NCBI GenBank assembly: GCA_002269645.1
Contig: NIVC01001626.1
Coordinates: 194,340-258,339 of the forward strand
Direction of reading: 5' to 3'
Source: Macrostomum lignano
Lineage: Eukaryota
DNA: 64,000 nucleotides
Shown here: positions 24,701 through 36,984 of the stretch, piece after piece
Position numbering within the stretch: position 1 is the first letter of the stretch
Layout of the letters: every line of letters starts with the position of its first letter
The notes under the pieces: model-generated
The model's input: only the letters and a program-made list of their open reading frames with translations
Told to the model about the DNA's origin: nothing
Database searches by the model: none
Translations under genes and position numbers: made by a program

Positions 24701-25045
24701 TTCGACACCGATGATGCTGTCGGGTTTGTGACCGAAGTGTCAAAGCCGGCTGCACCGCAGCCCTTGCAGAAAAGCCCGGACAAGCACGGCGTGGAGCTGA
24801 ACTCGTACATCTCCGACCCGACCTCCTGCTCGGCATCGAAGCTGCGTAACTCGCCGGCACGGGCGCTGCAAGCCCAGGCCAGCAACACCAGCGAGAGCGC
24901 CGGCCTGCTGAGCGGCCAGATGAGCGTGCCCGACGCAAACGACGACTACCTGACACCGACGTCGCCGGGAGATAACAACGGAGACGTGCACGACGGTGGC
25001 GGAGCAGGCGGCCTGGACGACTACCTGACGCCGAGGAAGGCGTGA
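21773..25045 (+). CDS. EGFR: EGFR/ErbB-family receptor tyrosine kinase, paralog 2, intronless, about 1090 aa
   Basis: ATG at 21773 gives signal peptide MTIRLRLLTLQLLLLAASASAS. Same domain order as paralog 1, with intact kinase motifs. The tail has YSTM, YISDP and two DYLTP motifs. Confidence 0.95.
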   Translation: MTIRLRLLTLQLLLLAASASASQPLGSSSRLCKTVYISSREYRTHRNISRLHAELQASVDGCQYVHGDVIIQNIGADSVTEEPIDEAIRGLQTDFLDSIIEISGRLVIKRINLERISLRNLRAIRGYNLENTSPFFALEVFQSKYPVKLELPQLSAILQGDVRIIGNLHADLYCYLSRRINWPSLFQSHSSRTPQQFNDNVEIMTLGDQQINVSDYAATEKVCTSLPACNSSCHTEKSGRQLCWSDSPGGCQSFHGCLVRPCRNCFRHPYTGNEECCESDCLGGCSNKSDGCFSCRDVSLDGVCKGNCPMKTDLNPGTNKIETRNSSTTMKRVGNICVKQCEMPFVTSSNDKYCVSECPLTEIPVNGICTRCAAKHQSACETCTVDTLIMSDKVAQALKNGNCTIWRTDSSLDINSEKLNSSASLETLEFLRIFYGRLFIKRTDRLVDNLRFLRNLKFVSNNFGIMMLHTRYLGLASLRYAKALWLIKISGLCEAWYPSRTIRQITEVTKEFTIGTREISFDNTSEVCRNAVCDPQCRDECWGPGPDMCVACRNFEVDGRCYATCQEAGRYNLSGECQECHSECEGGCSGPSASECERCSNLEEDGKCVAACSSREMRADSKGRCYSVASARLLTVGIGVGLLILVLLVLLPVAYVHYRRRMRKYEIVDLDEYLTDPSNPNAMAKLLIVNDDDVMKQKEIGSGAFGTVYKGILRSSTNKGVRELPVAIKVLRGHSPKLGQELLNEASMLARVQHPCCIRLVALCLTQEPQLITALMPRGCLLEFLRAHRNQIGAERMLRWGLQVAEGMEYLESLGIVHRDLAARNVLLQTPDQVRITDFGLARLLDMSEGEFIQTAGLLPVKWLGVECFESGLFSHKSDVWSYGVLLWEICTFGESPYNPYGIRSVEDITGLLKKGIRLNQPDICSIDFYNILLSCWLPHPESRPSFRDMVGTMNDCLACPSKYIAQRYSTMDPNLFDTDDAVGFVTEVSKPAAPQPLQKSPDKHGVELNSYISDPTSCSASKLRNSPARALQAQASNTSESAGLLSGQMSVPDANDDYLTPTSPGDNNGDVHDGGGAGGLDDYLTPRKA

Positions 25046-26266
25046 GCTGCCGGCCTACCACCCTTGCACCGGTTGACCTGGGAGAATTTTTATTTGTGGA
25101 TTGAATTTTTATCCCTTTTGCACTCGCTCTACCATGTAATGTTTCAATTTCTCAATATATAATAATGTAGGTATTACAAACTCTTATGAATCAGTAAGCT
25201 GATCAGTCTGGGCACTTGGGTCAATGGTGCTCAGCCTCTCCTAGCAGTGAGCAGCGGGAACTCTGAACTCTGTAAAGGACGCCAATCAAATAAGAGAATC
25301 GCAGCCGACCTCAGTTGTTTGCAGACAAAATAGGTTTCTCGAGCTTCAGAATTGGCTGCCTTTTTTACCTGTACCTGGGCTTTTTGTGATTGCGATTGCG
25401 GCTCTTCGTGTAGCGCTTGGGTTGCTTGTGATAGCAATTTTTTAACTGTATTAGCTTGCACAAACATATTTGTACCTGTCATGCAGAGCCCATTGCAAAT
25501 TAATTGTACGTAACAGTTCACCAATAATTATCTATTTTTTGTTATCATTGAATATTAATTATTAACAAGTTTGTTGTTGTAAAGACAAATATTTAAGCAA
25601 CTAAAATGTGTATCATCTTCATGTCTGTATTTCATTCTCTGCTTTGCGTCTCGCTTGTAATTGTAATCGAAAAGCTTTTGTTGATGTTGTTGATGCGCTG
25701 CATGTGTGACGCAATACATCTGGTAATGAGCCTTGTTCGTTTCCAGAGCAAGATGGATTGCTTAATGTCATTTCAGCAACTATTTTTAATGCTCTTTACA
25801 AACGTGTACCTCTGTGTTGTCGCTTCTCAATAATAAATCAGTTAATTGGAATTATGAATATTTTGCTCGGATTTTGAATCCCCAATCCGTCAATGTGCTG
25901 CAAAATTTGATTGAATAAAAAACTGCTGGCATCACAGAAATTTTCTTTTTTCGCTTGGCTCGACCTGGTTGTTGGCGTCATCGCTGCAGTTTTCATAAAT
26001 AAAAGCATCAACGGTCATTACAGGACAAGCAAATGCAAAGTTTTACACAGCACGTGACAAGCTGCAGTTTGGCTTGCATCATTTTTTTCTTTTTAAAGGA
26101 GATTCCATAGAAACGCATGGCTCACAGACCACCCGTGTGTTTGCACCGGTGTAAGGCCAGTGCAAATGGAAGTGTACGCTTGCACTTTTGCCCGATTATG
26201 ACGCCACTACGCCAGCACGAATCCATTGGCAGTTGCGCTCTCTTACGCAGGTCCTAAACCAGCATG

Positions 26267-26730
26267 CAGGGGCGTCGCCACCGGGACATGGGGGACATGT
26301 CCCTCCCAGTAATAGCTATGGGGTGACATCTGCCCATGCTTTGTCCCCTCCCCCACCCAGCCTTGTGACTCGTTATGGAAGTCAATATTTTTGCTTCCTG
26401 GTGAAAAATATATAGCGCCTGTGGCACCAAAATGACTCCCTATTGACTGCGACGCTAAAGTTAATGACAGTGGCGCTAAAATGAATGCCTGTGGCGCTAA
26501 AGTTAATGACTGCGGCGCTAAAGTTAATGACTGCGGCGCTAAAGTTAATGACTGCGGCGCTAAAGTTAATGACTGCGGCGCTAAAGTTAATGACTGCGGC
26601 GCTAAAGTTAATGACTGCGGCGTCAAAATGAGTGCCTGCGGCGCTAAAATAAATGATAGTGGCGCTAAAATGAGTGCCTGCGGCGCTAAAACGAATGCCT
26701 GCGGCGCTAAAATGAGTGCCTGCGGCGCCA
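26267..26730. repeat. MITE-like left end (CAGGGGCGTCGCCACC) followed by a 21-bp tandem repeat (GGCGCTAAAGTTAATGACTGC)
   Basis: Terminus-like sequence at 26267; about 13 repeat units at about 26440-26730; right end not found. Confidence 0.6.
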
Positions 26731-26779
26731 AAGTGAGTGCTGACAGCACCGATTCTGAAAAGAATGTCCACATACATGC

Positions 26780-27385
26780 AGAATTATTCGCATTGTATCA
26801 CGCTGGCGCGCGTTAGATGCACGATTTACTGTGCGTCTAATGTAGGTGTCTATGGCAATTTTCTATCTGAGTAAAAGCAACAAGCGTGCGTCTAACGCGT
26901 GCGTGTAATGCACGGAAAGTGAGTATATAGACATAATATTCGGTAGCCTTTGTCACACTTTTACTAGCAGCGGTGTCCTCGATTTCGGAAACGAGCTGTT
27001 CCAATTTAAGTAGTTCAGCTTCTTCGTCAGGTATCTTCTTGAAAAGTGCCTCCAGAAGATCCTCCTCTTCTCGATCAATTGCCGACTCCGGTAGATTATC
27101 AGGCTCGTTCAGAATGTCGTCAATCTCATTGGTGGACAAGCCGGAAATCATTTCGTTCGGAAATTTGCTCAGATTCAGAAGTCTGACTTTAGTTGGTGGC
27201 TCAGCCATATTCTCTCACAAGTGATTTTAATTTAACAGCTTCTTATTCCCTTCTTCGCAACACTCAATCAACTTGCGTGCCTTTCACGCATTTTTGTCTA
27301 TGGTTAAGACAAATTAACTGAGCGTGCATCTAACGCGCCATCTAAAGTATTAAGCCAACGTAATACAATGCAATTCATACATCGA
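26780..27385. mobile_element. About 600-bp element with imperfect terminal inverted repeats enclosing a 123-aa acidic ORF (26837-27208, -)
   Basis: GCGCGTTAGATGCACG (about 26810) and its reverse complement CGTGCATCTAACGCGC (about 27323). Further out, GCATTGTATCACGCTGGC pairs with GCCAACGTAATACAATGC. Confidence 0.5.
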
Positions 27386-27679
27386 TTTTGCGTGCTTAAA
27401 TGGTCTATGCACGAGTAGGGGGGCACATTGAACCCCCCTCACCATAAAGTCCATGGTGACACTCTTGCCAGCATGTACATGACGCATGCGTTAATGGTCA
27501 GTCAATACCGATTGATGATCAGCCTTGCATAATTAAGTACATGACGTGAATCATTTTCCTGAAAAACTACAGCGACAATGACGGCTCACAGTTTTTGCTC
27601 TTTGGTACCTTTTAAGTTATGTGTTAGTAGGTTTTTAGATTGTTTTTAAACGAATTCAAGGTGGTTGTATACTTAGTAA

Positions 27680-27920
27680 GGGAGTTTTAGCCTTGCGGTT
27701 AGAGCGTCGGACTCACGACTAAAAGATCGGGGGTTCGATTTTCGACCCAAATCGGAACAATTTGTGTCCTTGAGCAAGACACTTAGCTCTCCATTGTTTC
27801 AGCTCATCCGCTGTAAAATGAGAGCCAGCATTATAGCTGGTGTACGTAATTGAGGGTGCGTGTGGCGAACCCCAGCCCTTGGACTGAACAGCCGTACGCA
27901 GCCTTCAGATGCGCTCCTCA
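27680..27920 (+). mobile_element. tRNA-derived SINE with CORE-like domain
   Basis: Pol III A-box-like TAGCCTTGCGG and B-box GGTTCGATT. These are followed by GTGTCCTTGAGCAAGACACTTA...TCAGCTCATCCGCTGTAAAATG, resembling from memory the MIR/CORE consensus CCTTGGGCAAGTCACTTA...CTCATCTGTAAAATG. Confidence 0.7.
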
Positions 27921-29522
27921 ACACAGCTGCGATTGAGCTGTCGGTTGCACAACTGTCCATAGGGCAGGTGTAATCAGTTATTATTACGCGGATTAAAATG
28001 ATAGATAAATTGCATGTATATTCTCGCCGTGAAATCAAACATGTGCGATGGAGCCCAAACGTCAAGATTCGAGTGGATATGCTATAGCATGTCACAGTTT
28101 CTGATGCAACGAGAGTAGCGCGCTAGAGCCATCAAAAGATGAAATTATATGCATCTCTTCCGTATGCAACGTATGTGTTAATAGTATAGTGTCTGCAGAT
28201 GAAAACTGAAAATCCAAGGCCAATAACTACTGCTGCCAATCCATCAAAGCTGCGTTGTGCAAGTACAATAAAATTGTGGATCGTGGATTGCTCCATAAAG
28301 CCTCACTGCACATGGTAATCTGGCATTTCGTAGAGGATCAGGCAGTTCATTCCGCATGTATTTACATAGCACTCACAATATTGCATCAGCACTAATAAAG
28401 CTGTTCCATGCAATCGAGTTGGAGAGCCAATCCTTCAGATTTTGCAACTGCAGCGTTAATCCGTTGTGTGAACCCAAATTACAGCGTACATATAGTTTTG
28501 AAATGGAGTATTTCTGCTTTGATTAATTCAAATTAAAATCCTTGAATTTTTGCGTATTGTACCTTTAATGTAGCCTCTAGTGTACCTTGGCGCATGTATT
28601 CCAGCAGCTCAACTGCCGTAGAACGAATTCGGAGAATGTATTACGCGAGTTTATTTACGCACGTGACAGTAAGAATCTGTTTATGCATATTGTAAACATG
28701 ACCCGGGCATCCATCCTATCGACACAGCCGATGCAATCAAATCAACGGCATATGATGAGAGCTGCTATTTGTATTCATTAGCAAACCATAACATCAAATG
28801 TAAAATTAGTGTCATGACTCACGCCAGTAATGGATGGCAAGCATTTTCATTGGCCTTCAACAACACTGCATGCATAGTGTGCGCGCCATTTTCCTGACCA
28901 GCAATTCCTATTCGCGTAATGCATACTGCTTAATTCCTTCATGTACGCATATGGTGTACTGTAAGTAGCACTGCAGGGGCTTAAGGAAATATGATTACAG
29001 GTTTGGTTCAAACACCCAATGATTTATTATGCATCTTCACTTATGACCGGCTGTGGCATTAGCCGGCTGCAACTCATCTGTGCTTAAAGCTTATATTTAT
29101 AACAAACCTCTTTGTTACAGTGGGCATGGCAAGTATTGCCTGCGCAGCGTATGTACAGAGACACGACACTGCAGGATGAAATTCAGACTAATTAATATAT
29201 CAGCTTTCAGACTGGAAAGATTAATAAAATGTTAAATAATAAAACTTGCTAACCATGTACTTAAGAGACAATTATAATCTAAAATATGAGTGCGCAGTCA
29301 GGTTGACTAATTATGCAGCCTTCGAGAATCGGGCTTCCGAAAGAAGAACAGCATGTAGCATTCGAGAACTGGGAACAGACACGGAGCAGTCTAACAGAAA
29401 CCGGCAGCTAATAATTGGGGCTGAAATAATATTCACCTGGCTAATAATAAAGTCCGTACTCTGTGCAGATAGCGAACATTGCTGGGCAATGCATTGCCCG
29501 AAAATCCCATGGACACCTCGGC

Positions 29523-32500
29523 TTAGGCTGGGGGCAGCAGCTTGGCCAGGAACTCCTTCACGTCCGACATTTCCTGCGATGCGATCGATGGGGACACGGG
29601 ATCCTGGTGATTGCGATGGCTGACAGAAAGCTGACACACTGAAAGTGCACATGAGACACCCCACACTCACCAGCCTGCAGTGTGCATGAGACACCCCACA
29701 CTCACCTGTCTGCAGTGTGCATGAGACACCCCACACTCACCAGCCTGCAGTGTGCATGAGACACCCCACACTCACCTGTCTGCAGTGTGCATGAGACACC
29801 CCACACTCACCAGCCTGCAGTGTGCATGAGACACCCCACACTCACCAGCCTGCAGTGTGCATGAGACACCCCACACTCACCAGCCTGCAGTGTGCATGAG
29901 ACACCCCACACTCACCAGCCTGCAGTGTGCATGAGACACGCCACACTCACCAGCCTGCAGTGTGCATGAGACACCCCACACTCACCTGTCTGCAGTGTGC
30001 ATGAGACACGCCACACTCACCAGCCTGCAGTGGGCATGAGACACCCCACACTCACCAGCCTGCAGTGTGCATGAGACACCCCACACTCACCAGCCTGCAG
30101 TGTGCATGAGACACCCCACACTCACCAGCCTGCAGTGTGCATGAGACACCCCACACTCACCAGCCTGCATACATGAGCACCCAGTGTGAGCACAACATGC
30201 AGACAATAAAATGTCTGCCTGACTGAAGCCAACAGCATTGAGTTTGGGCCAGACCTCCATATGAAATCAAGATCAAAAGAGCCCAGATATTCAATAATCA
30301 ATATTATGCCCGCATATTTCCCTCACACACGGCTTGAGCATCATGCTGCAATTCAGGCGTGCATGGCTGCATCTAAAATCAGTTTCTCAAGCCTTAGGTA
30401 ATAAAAATAGAAAAAGTTGCCTCATTTTTGGCTTGAAGCGCCCGCCCAGTGCAGTTGTTAGAATATAGAGGCTTATGAACTGGCCCACAAGTGACTGGGA
30501 GAGGGTGGCAGCGGCCCACAAGTGACTGGGAGGGTGGCAGCGGCCCACAAGTGACTGGGAGGGTGGCAGCGGCCCACTGAGTGACTGGGAGGGGATGGCA
30601 GCAGCCCACTGAGTGACTGGGAGGGGATGGCAGCAGCCCACTGAGTGACTGGGAGGGGATGGCAGCAGCCCACTGAGTGACTGGGAGGGGATGGCAGCAG
30701 CCCACTGAGTGACTGGGAGGGGATGGCAGCAGCCCACTGAGTGACTGGGAGGGGATAGCAGCAGCCCACTGAGTGACTGGGAGGGGGAGGGGGAGACCAT
30801 AAATGTTCGAAGACCGATCTTCATCAAACATTTATGAAGCTGTACAGATAACTATGGGGACTGTTCGGCACACATCTCTGTTATCAAGACATCTACAAAG
30901 ACCTGAGAAGCAACTCATGTCAATCCTGGCGGCTCACCTGGTCAGAGGACGAGTGCATGAGCCCCGGGTAGGACTTGAACTGAGCCTCGCCCACGCCCAT
31001 CTGCTTGATCAGCTTGTGCGTCATGTCGCCCATGACGAACGGCACCATCTGGTCGCTGTCGCCGTGGCCTTGGAAAACCTGCGGCTTGTTGACCACCTGG
31101 CCGGGACTGGACAGCAGCTTCTGGTGCATCGGCAGCCAGCTGGATAGCGCCACGACCCCGGCCGGGCTAACCTTCGTGCTGGTCAGGCCGGTGTACAGCG
31201 CCAGAGCGCCGCCCATGGAGAAGCCGCCGATGGCCAACCGGCTGGAGGGGATGCCGGCCGCCGTCTCCTCGGCGATGAGCTTCTCCACCATGTCGCGGCC
31301 GCGCTCGATGCCAACTTCGTCCTGCTCGGCATTGGGGCTGAGGCCGCGGATGTCGAACCAGGCCGGCATCCGCATGCCGCCGTTCAGCGTCACCGGGATG
31401 GCGGGCGCGTGCGGGCAGACCAGCTTGCAGTAGGCCGGCACCACCTCCTGCAGAATGGAGGCCCAGCCATGGCCGGTGTCGCCAAGGCCATGCAGAAAGA
31501 TCAGCTGATTCGGGGAGGGTGACAGGTTAGTAAGCTCGAGTTGAATTGAGCTGAGCTGGTTGGATATATCCAAGTTGGAACACAACTTGAGCTGGTGACC
31601 TAAATACTGACCTGCCTGACCTGTACCTTAAGTTGCCTGACCTACAGCCTAAGCAGCCTGACCTACAACCTTAGCTGCCTGACCTACAGCCTAAGCTGCC
31701 TGACCTACAACCTTAGCTGCCTGACCTACAACCTTAGCTGCCTGACCTACAACCTTAGCTGCCTGACCTACAGCCTTAGCTGCCTGACCTACAGCCTTAG
31801 CTGCCTGACCTACAACCTTAGCTGCCTGACCTACAACCTTAGCTGCCTGACCTACAACCTTAGCTGCCTGACCTACAACCTTAGCTGCCTGACCTACAAC
31901 CTTAGCTGCCTGACCTACAGCCTAGGCCTATGCTGCTTGACCTACAATCCAAGCTGACTGACTTAAAACCTGACTAAACTTGAGGTGCCTAACCTACAAA
32001 TTAAGCTAGTAACATACCAGCTTAGTAAAACCTATGTTGATTAACATACAACCCAAGTTGTCTAAACCACAACCTATAATATAGACAACAAAATAATAAA
32101 AGACTATAATAAATTAATAAAATATTGTTTATAAAGGCAAACCTAGTATCAAATCAGTTTTTTTTCAGTGCAAGCTCTGCTGATTATTTAATCTAAACCA
32201 CAGCATTATTCTTAACCAGAATAGTCTCTTCATATATGACTTATAATTAAAAAAGAATGTTAAAAATCTTTAATCCATAGTGTAAAAGGATCTCTATGTA
32301 TGATAGATAATAAAGTAAATTTCAGTTTGACTCTTATATGACAATACAACAATAGTCAAATAATTTTACTTTAAAAAAATATTACAACAACTCTACAAGT
32401 AATTTAAATAGTAGTAATGTAACCACTTATTCATTTAGAAAGTCTTGTTGTGGTTATGAACTTGTAAATACATATAATGTACAATAGCATGACCAATATA

Positions 32501-33989
32501 TACAACCCTATTGGAATAAGTTGACAAAATGTGGACAACTGTCTATCACATTTTCAGATACTCCAGGTGTTGCGTTGCGCAACAGTGGTGTCAAGTGGTG
32601 TGTTGCATCATGTGACAGTGCTGTCTAGCATTGTGCCACATCGCACAACACTGTGGCAACCTGGTGTTGTCATGCATCATGTTGCGCGACATGACAGTGT
32701 GGTAACTTGGCAGCTAGTATTGTTATATGTCGCGTTGCGGCCTGGATCTGCAGCCAAAACCTTGCAAACTGCATTTCATTGTTATCTGTTCATGGTTGTT
32801 CTTTGGTATTTAAATGTGTCAAACATGTTTGATAATAACTAGTTCTTGAATTGTTTTTTTTACCAAAGAACTTTTTTACCTATATTTTTTACCTATTTAT
32901 TTTGACAATAAAGTAACTAATACTTTAAATATAATTTTTAGAAATGTTACTTGTCAGTTACAATGTGTGTGCTGTTTTTCTAACTGCTGTACCTTTGTTG
33001 TTTTACTTTTTATTGTTTTTAAATTTCATTTCTTTTTCTATGAAATTGAAAGGAATACTCTTGTCTCCTGCCCTATGGTCTTCGGGCTAGAACGACTAGT
33101 TGGGCAATGTGCAACATGGCTGCTGTGGCATTCTCCCCCCCCAGTCATTCGGTCAATAGACATTAGTGTAGCGTTGCCACATTACCCCCCCCCCCCCAGT
33201 CAACAAAATATAGTGTTGCATCGCACTTTTGAGGGTACAATTTTGCCACCCATGTTGCGCGTCCATAGATTTTTGAAAATTTTTCCAATAGGGCATATAT
33301 AATAATACAAAAGGTACAACAAAAGGGCCCTTGCAAAAATGAATGATGTATAATATATACAATGGCCAGCCTCAGAGTAAAATGGAAATTTCCATTGTAC
33401 AACCATCCTTTTACACTATGGTCTATTATCTATTCTTTACATTAAATGCTTAGTTTTGCTCAAATTTCCATATACTAAAAATTAGTTGTTTGTTTGTACA
33501 AAATCAATTTTCTCTTGAATGGCTTGATTTTTGTATACTAATAAATAATAGTAATCCAACAATATTTTTTAATCTAAAATCTAATAAAAAGCTTGTCTTG
33601 AAAAAAGCTTTTAGCAAATAATGTAGGTGTTGTTATTTTTGTTAGTAATTAAAATTGTAATTGATAAAATGCATGCAAAATCTAATTAATACTAAAGTTG
33701 TATTTAATATAGTTTTTGCCTATAAACATAATTTTGCCATGATTAGACAAAACTTTAACGCGTATAAAAGTCTCCACATATCATACCACTACTCTAATAA
33801 TGAACAAACAGCATTTAAAACATATAACGTGACTAAAACGGACTAGTCATTGTGATGCACTGCCGCGAGCCCTGAGCCCACTCTGCACTGATACCGACAA
33901 ATCTAAAAAAAATATTGTTACTAAAATTACAAAGAATTAAGACTCACCGTAGCAGTGTGTACAGTTGGTTTAATAACTACAGCCGCCAT
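29523..33989 (-). CDS. LYPLA1: Acyl-protein thioesterase / lysophospholipase (APT1/2-like), 3 exons: 33948-33989, 30938-31504, 29523-29573; about 219 aa
   Basis: Splices in frame with GT-AG to MAAVVIKPTVHTAT|LIFLHGLGDTGHGW...PAWFDI...GGFSMGG...HGDSDQMVP...GLMHSSSDQ|EMSDVKEFLAKLLPPA*. The Ser-Asp-His triad is present. LYPLA1 versus LYPLA2 is not resolvable by eye. Confidence 0.92.
29645..30170. repeat. 35-bp minisatellite in LYPLA intron 2, about 15 copies
   Basis: Unit GCATGAGACACCCCACACTCACCAGCCTGCAGTGT. Confidence 0.92.
30480..30785. repeat. 30-32-bp minisatellite in LYPLA intron 2
   Basis: Unit GCAGCCCACTGAGTGACTGGGAGGGGATGGCA, about 10 copies. Confidence 0.9.
31610..31960. repeat. 21-bp minisatellite in LYPLA intron 1
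   Basis: Unit AGCTGCCTGACCTACAACCTT, about 16 copies. Confidence 0.9.
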
Positions 33990-34650
33990 ATCGTCACCTC
34001 TTTGCTGTCCTCGAAGCATAAAACAATTTCCCATAGACTTGAAATAATCGCCCGCAATGATAATTGTTACTATTTCTTATAAAAAATACAAAGTCAAAAA
34101 AACTTTTCTAGTCTTTTTCATTTTCTGTTTCCCTATATTAATTTTTAAACACACATAATTTTAAAGTGCACAATAGTAACTTTTTTTGCAAAAAAACTAT
34201 TCAATAAAAAAGAAATAATTTGTTGTTTTTTTTCTGTTAATTTATCGCGCTTTAAACCGGCTCTTTCTTCGAAGAATTTTATTTTTTGATTCGGGCCTGA
34301 TTTATCAAGATTAAAATTTACTTATAAGTTTCAGACGCCAAATATTTTTTATTTAGCACATATTTAGGTATTTTGTGGACCTGCATGCATAGTTTGTTTA
34401 TTAATTATTTATTATAGCTAATGATAAATTTACCTCAATAAGTTGCACTTAATAGATTCGCGCCAGTTTCAGTTTGCAGGCTTGCGCAAAAAATTATTTT
34501 AGCCTAGCAGCGTTAGTTCTAAAATAAAATTTTAGCAACTAGTTACATCAAAATATGTTTTCCCAGGAAATGGAACATAAGTACTAAAAATAGAGGGGCA
34601 CAAAGAAGCTTCAATTCAAATCCTTGCTACTGATTTTTTGCTAGATTTAT

Positions 34651-35155
34651 CATGGCTCCATAGTCAGGATCATGGTACACTTGCGCCGGAATAAATCCTA
34701 TCAAAAAAGTTTGCTTGGGCCGTGCGTTGGAACTATTTATATAAAAAAGTTTGCTCGAGCTATGTACCACAACATTTTGAAAAAAAGCAAAAATCAGTAA
34801 TTTTCTGTTTGAAAAATACTAGTAAAACTTGTATTTGAAATATTGAATCTGCTGCATAGAAAATGCAATATTGAAATAAATTAATTAAAAAGCTGTCATA
34901 ACACTGGCAAACAAAAAGTGCTAATAAAAATAAATAGTATGCCAATTTTCTATCAGAGAAAATATTGTCTTGTCAGAAGTTTTTGTCTTACACCAATTTC
35001 CAAATTGTGCCAATTTTTTGTCTTGTGCTATACTGGGCGGATTTTTCTCCCTTGCCTGCTGTTGTGCCAGAATGCACAAGCACAGTGCATGTCCAACCCC
35101 TTTTTGTGCCAGAATTTTCCCTTAAAAAGGCTATCTTCCTGACTATGGTAACATG
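34651..35155. mobile_element. Possible MITE with imperfect 23-bp TIRs
   Basis: CATGGCTCCATAGTCAGGATCAT ... ATCTTCCTGACTATGGTAACATG, with a perfect 12-bp core. Confidence 0.4.
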
Positions 35156-35789
35156 GCTATAGTAGACATCCTGTAGCCCTGAGTTTTATTGTCCAGTTCC
35201 AAATTTTCTTCGCAATACTGCCATCCTAACCAACTAGAATACTACTCTTTTTAGCTTGGTGGTAAGTGGCAAGACATCTAGTAGTCAATGATCAGGTTGC
35301 TAACAATGTAGTCCTATCATTTTATTCTGAACTAGTGCCATTGCAGTGCTTGTCTAGCTAGTGACAGTATCATGCCGATGCACCTTCAATGTTGAGCAGG
35401 TGATCAGTACATTGATGGCTTTGCTTGGAATTGCAAAGATTGCTGGTTGCAGGTTTTAATCTGTAAGGGCTCATTATTTGAGGCCTAGTGCTGCTAGTCT
35501 ATAGCTTATCTACTAGGGTAAGCCTAGTTGCCATAGTAGTGTAGTAGTCAATTGAGGTGAATGGTAAACCAAAGAAAAGCTGCTCACCAAGTGTAGATGA
35601 GCTCATAAACACTTGTTGATTGGGATAATTTCATTAGGGATATCTGTGCCTAGTACTCATTGACCATCTAAATGAACTAGGAGACCCTAGTTTGGGCTTA
35701 GTTAGGAAGTCAAAATATAGAAGTCTTATTTTATATACCAAAAATTTTATCAAGGTTGCACATTGGCCTAGCCAATTGATAGGTGCTAG

Positions 35790-35958
35790 CATGTTTGGGC
35801 GCAACCTAGGGATTCATCCGGCCATTTCTATTGGCAAGGCATACATGTAAGTTGCTATTAGACAGAATAATAATCACGTGACTGCTCTCAGCCAATAGCA
35901 ACTTACATGTGTGTGTTGCCAATCAAAATGGTTGGGTGATTCCCAAGGTTGCGCATAT
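35790..35958. mobile_element. Foldback (hairpin) MITE-like element flanked by 11-bp direct repeats
   Basis: Arms of about 67 bp starting at 35799 and ending at 35954 are imperfect reverse complements. ATAGGTGCTAG occurs at 35779-35789 and 35959-35969. Confidence 0.65.
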
Positions 35959-36984
35959 ATAGGTGCTAGGAATAGTAGAGTGTGGCATTTAGAAATGCAT
36001 GATAATACTAGTTGAGCCTAAGGAGTATATTTTGACAACCTTGTTGCCAATTATCACTTATTATACTCTTTTGGGATTTGCATCTTGACAATTAACTGAC
36101 AAGCTTACAACCAGCTGCCTAACTAGAAACCACAGTATTGTGAACCACTAGCTGCATTTAGTAAACCCACAATATGCAACCATTCATATGAATCTTATTT
36201 AAGTCACATAGGCTCATAGACTAACTAATAAGTTATTAGACTCAACTTAAAATTAATTTCTTATTCATAATCATAGCTTAATAGTTCAATTCCAGTTATG
36301 TTTTGTCATTAGAAATGAATTTTCATATAAATTTGAGTTTAGTGAATGATTTTTAAAGATTTCCATAAGGCCTATATATGAAAATGCAGAGTGTAAAATA
36401 ACTAAATCAAAATATATCTAAATATACTAAATCTCTAAGGTTTGTATGTCCATAACGCTCTAGTCCATATACTAAAAATGTGATGTTTGTTTGTTTGTAC
36501 GAAATCGATTATCTCCCAAAAGGCTTAACCGATTTTGTTAGAATTTGCACTGTTCGATCAGAAATTTTCCCGGGACGGTACATGTATCTTGGCTAAGAAA
36601 TTTCTAAATGCTAAAGGGATTAAATATTCGAAAAACATGCTTTTTTGCAAAGGTCAAGCAAACTTTTCGACTTGAAATGCATTGTAAGAATGCTAGAGAA
36701 AAAACTGACTGGTTGAATTCTGATTCTGAAATAGATTGCATCATCACAATAGGCTTTTTATTTATCGTCTGTGTACTGGCTGAATTTTGACACTGAATTG
36801 AATTGCGTCACAGTATTGAAAACGCAGTGTGGAAGCATAGCACAACACTTAATTTATATTGCGTAACCATATTGCTAACTTTAATAGAGACTGGTACTGA
36901 CTTGCCTAAGAAATTGATTATGTCCTAACTGTTTCGTGTGACTTGAACTCAATTGATGTGGTGTGAGTGTTGAATATATAAATC

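Noticed and set aside
27680-27750. tRNA gene
   Set aside because: The cloverleaf is incomplete and is followed by a SINE body, so it was called a SINE.
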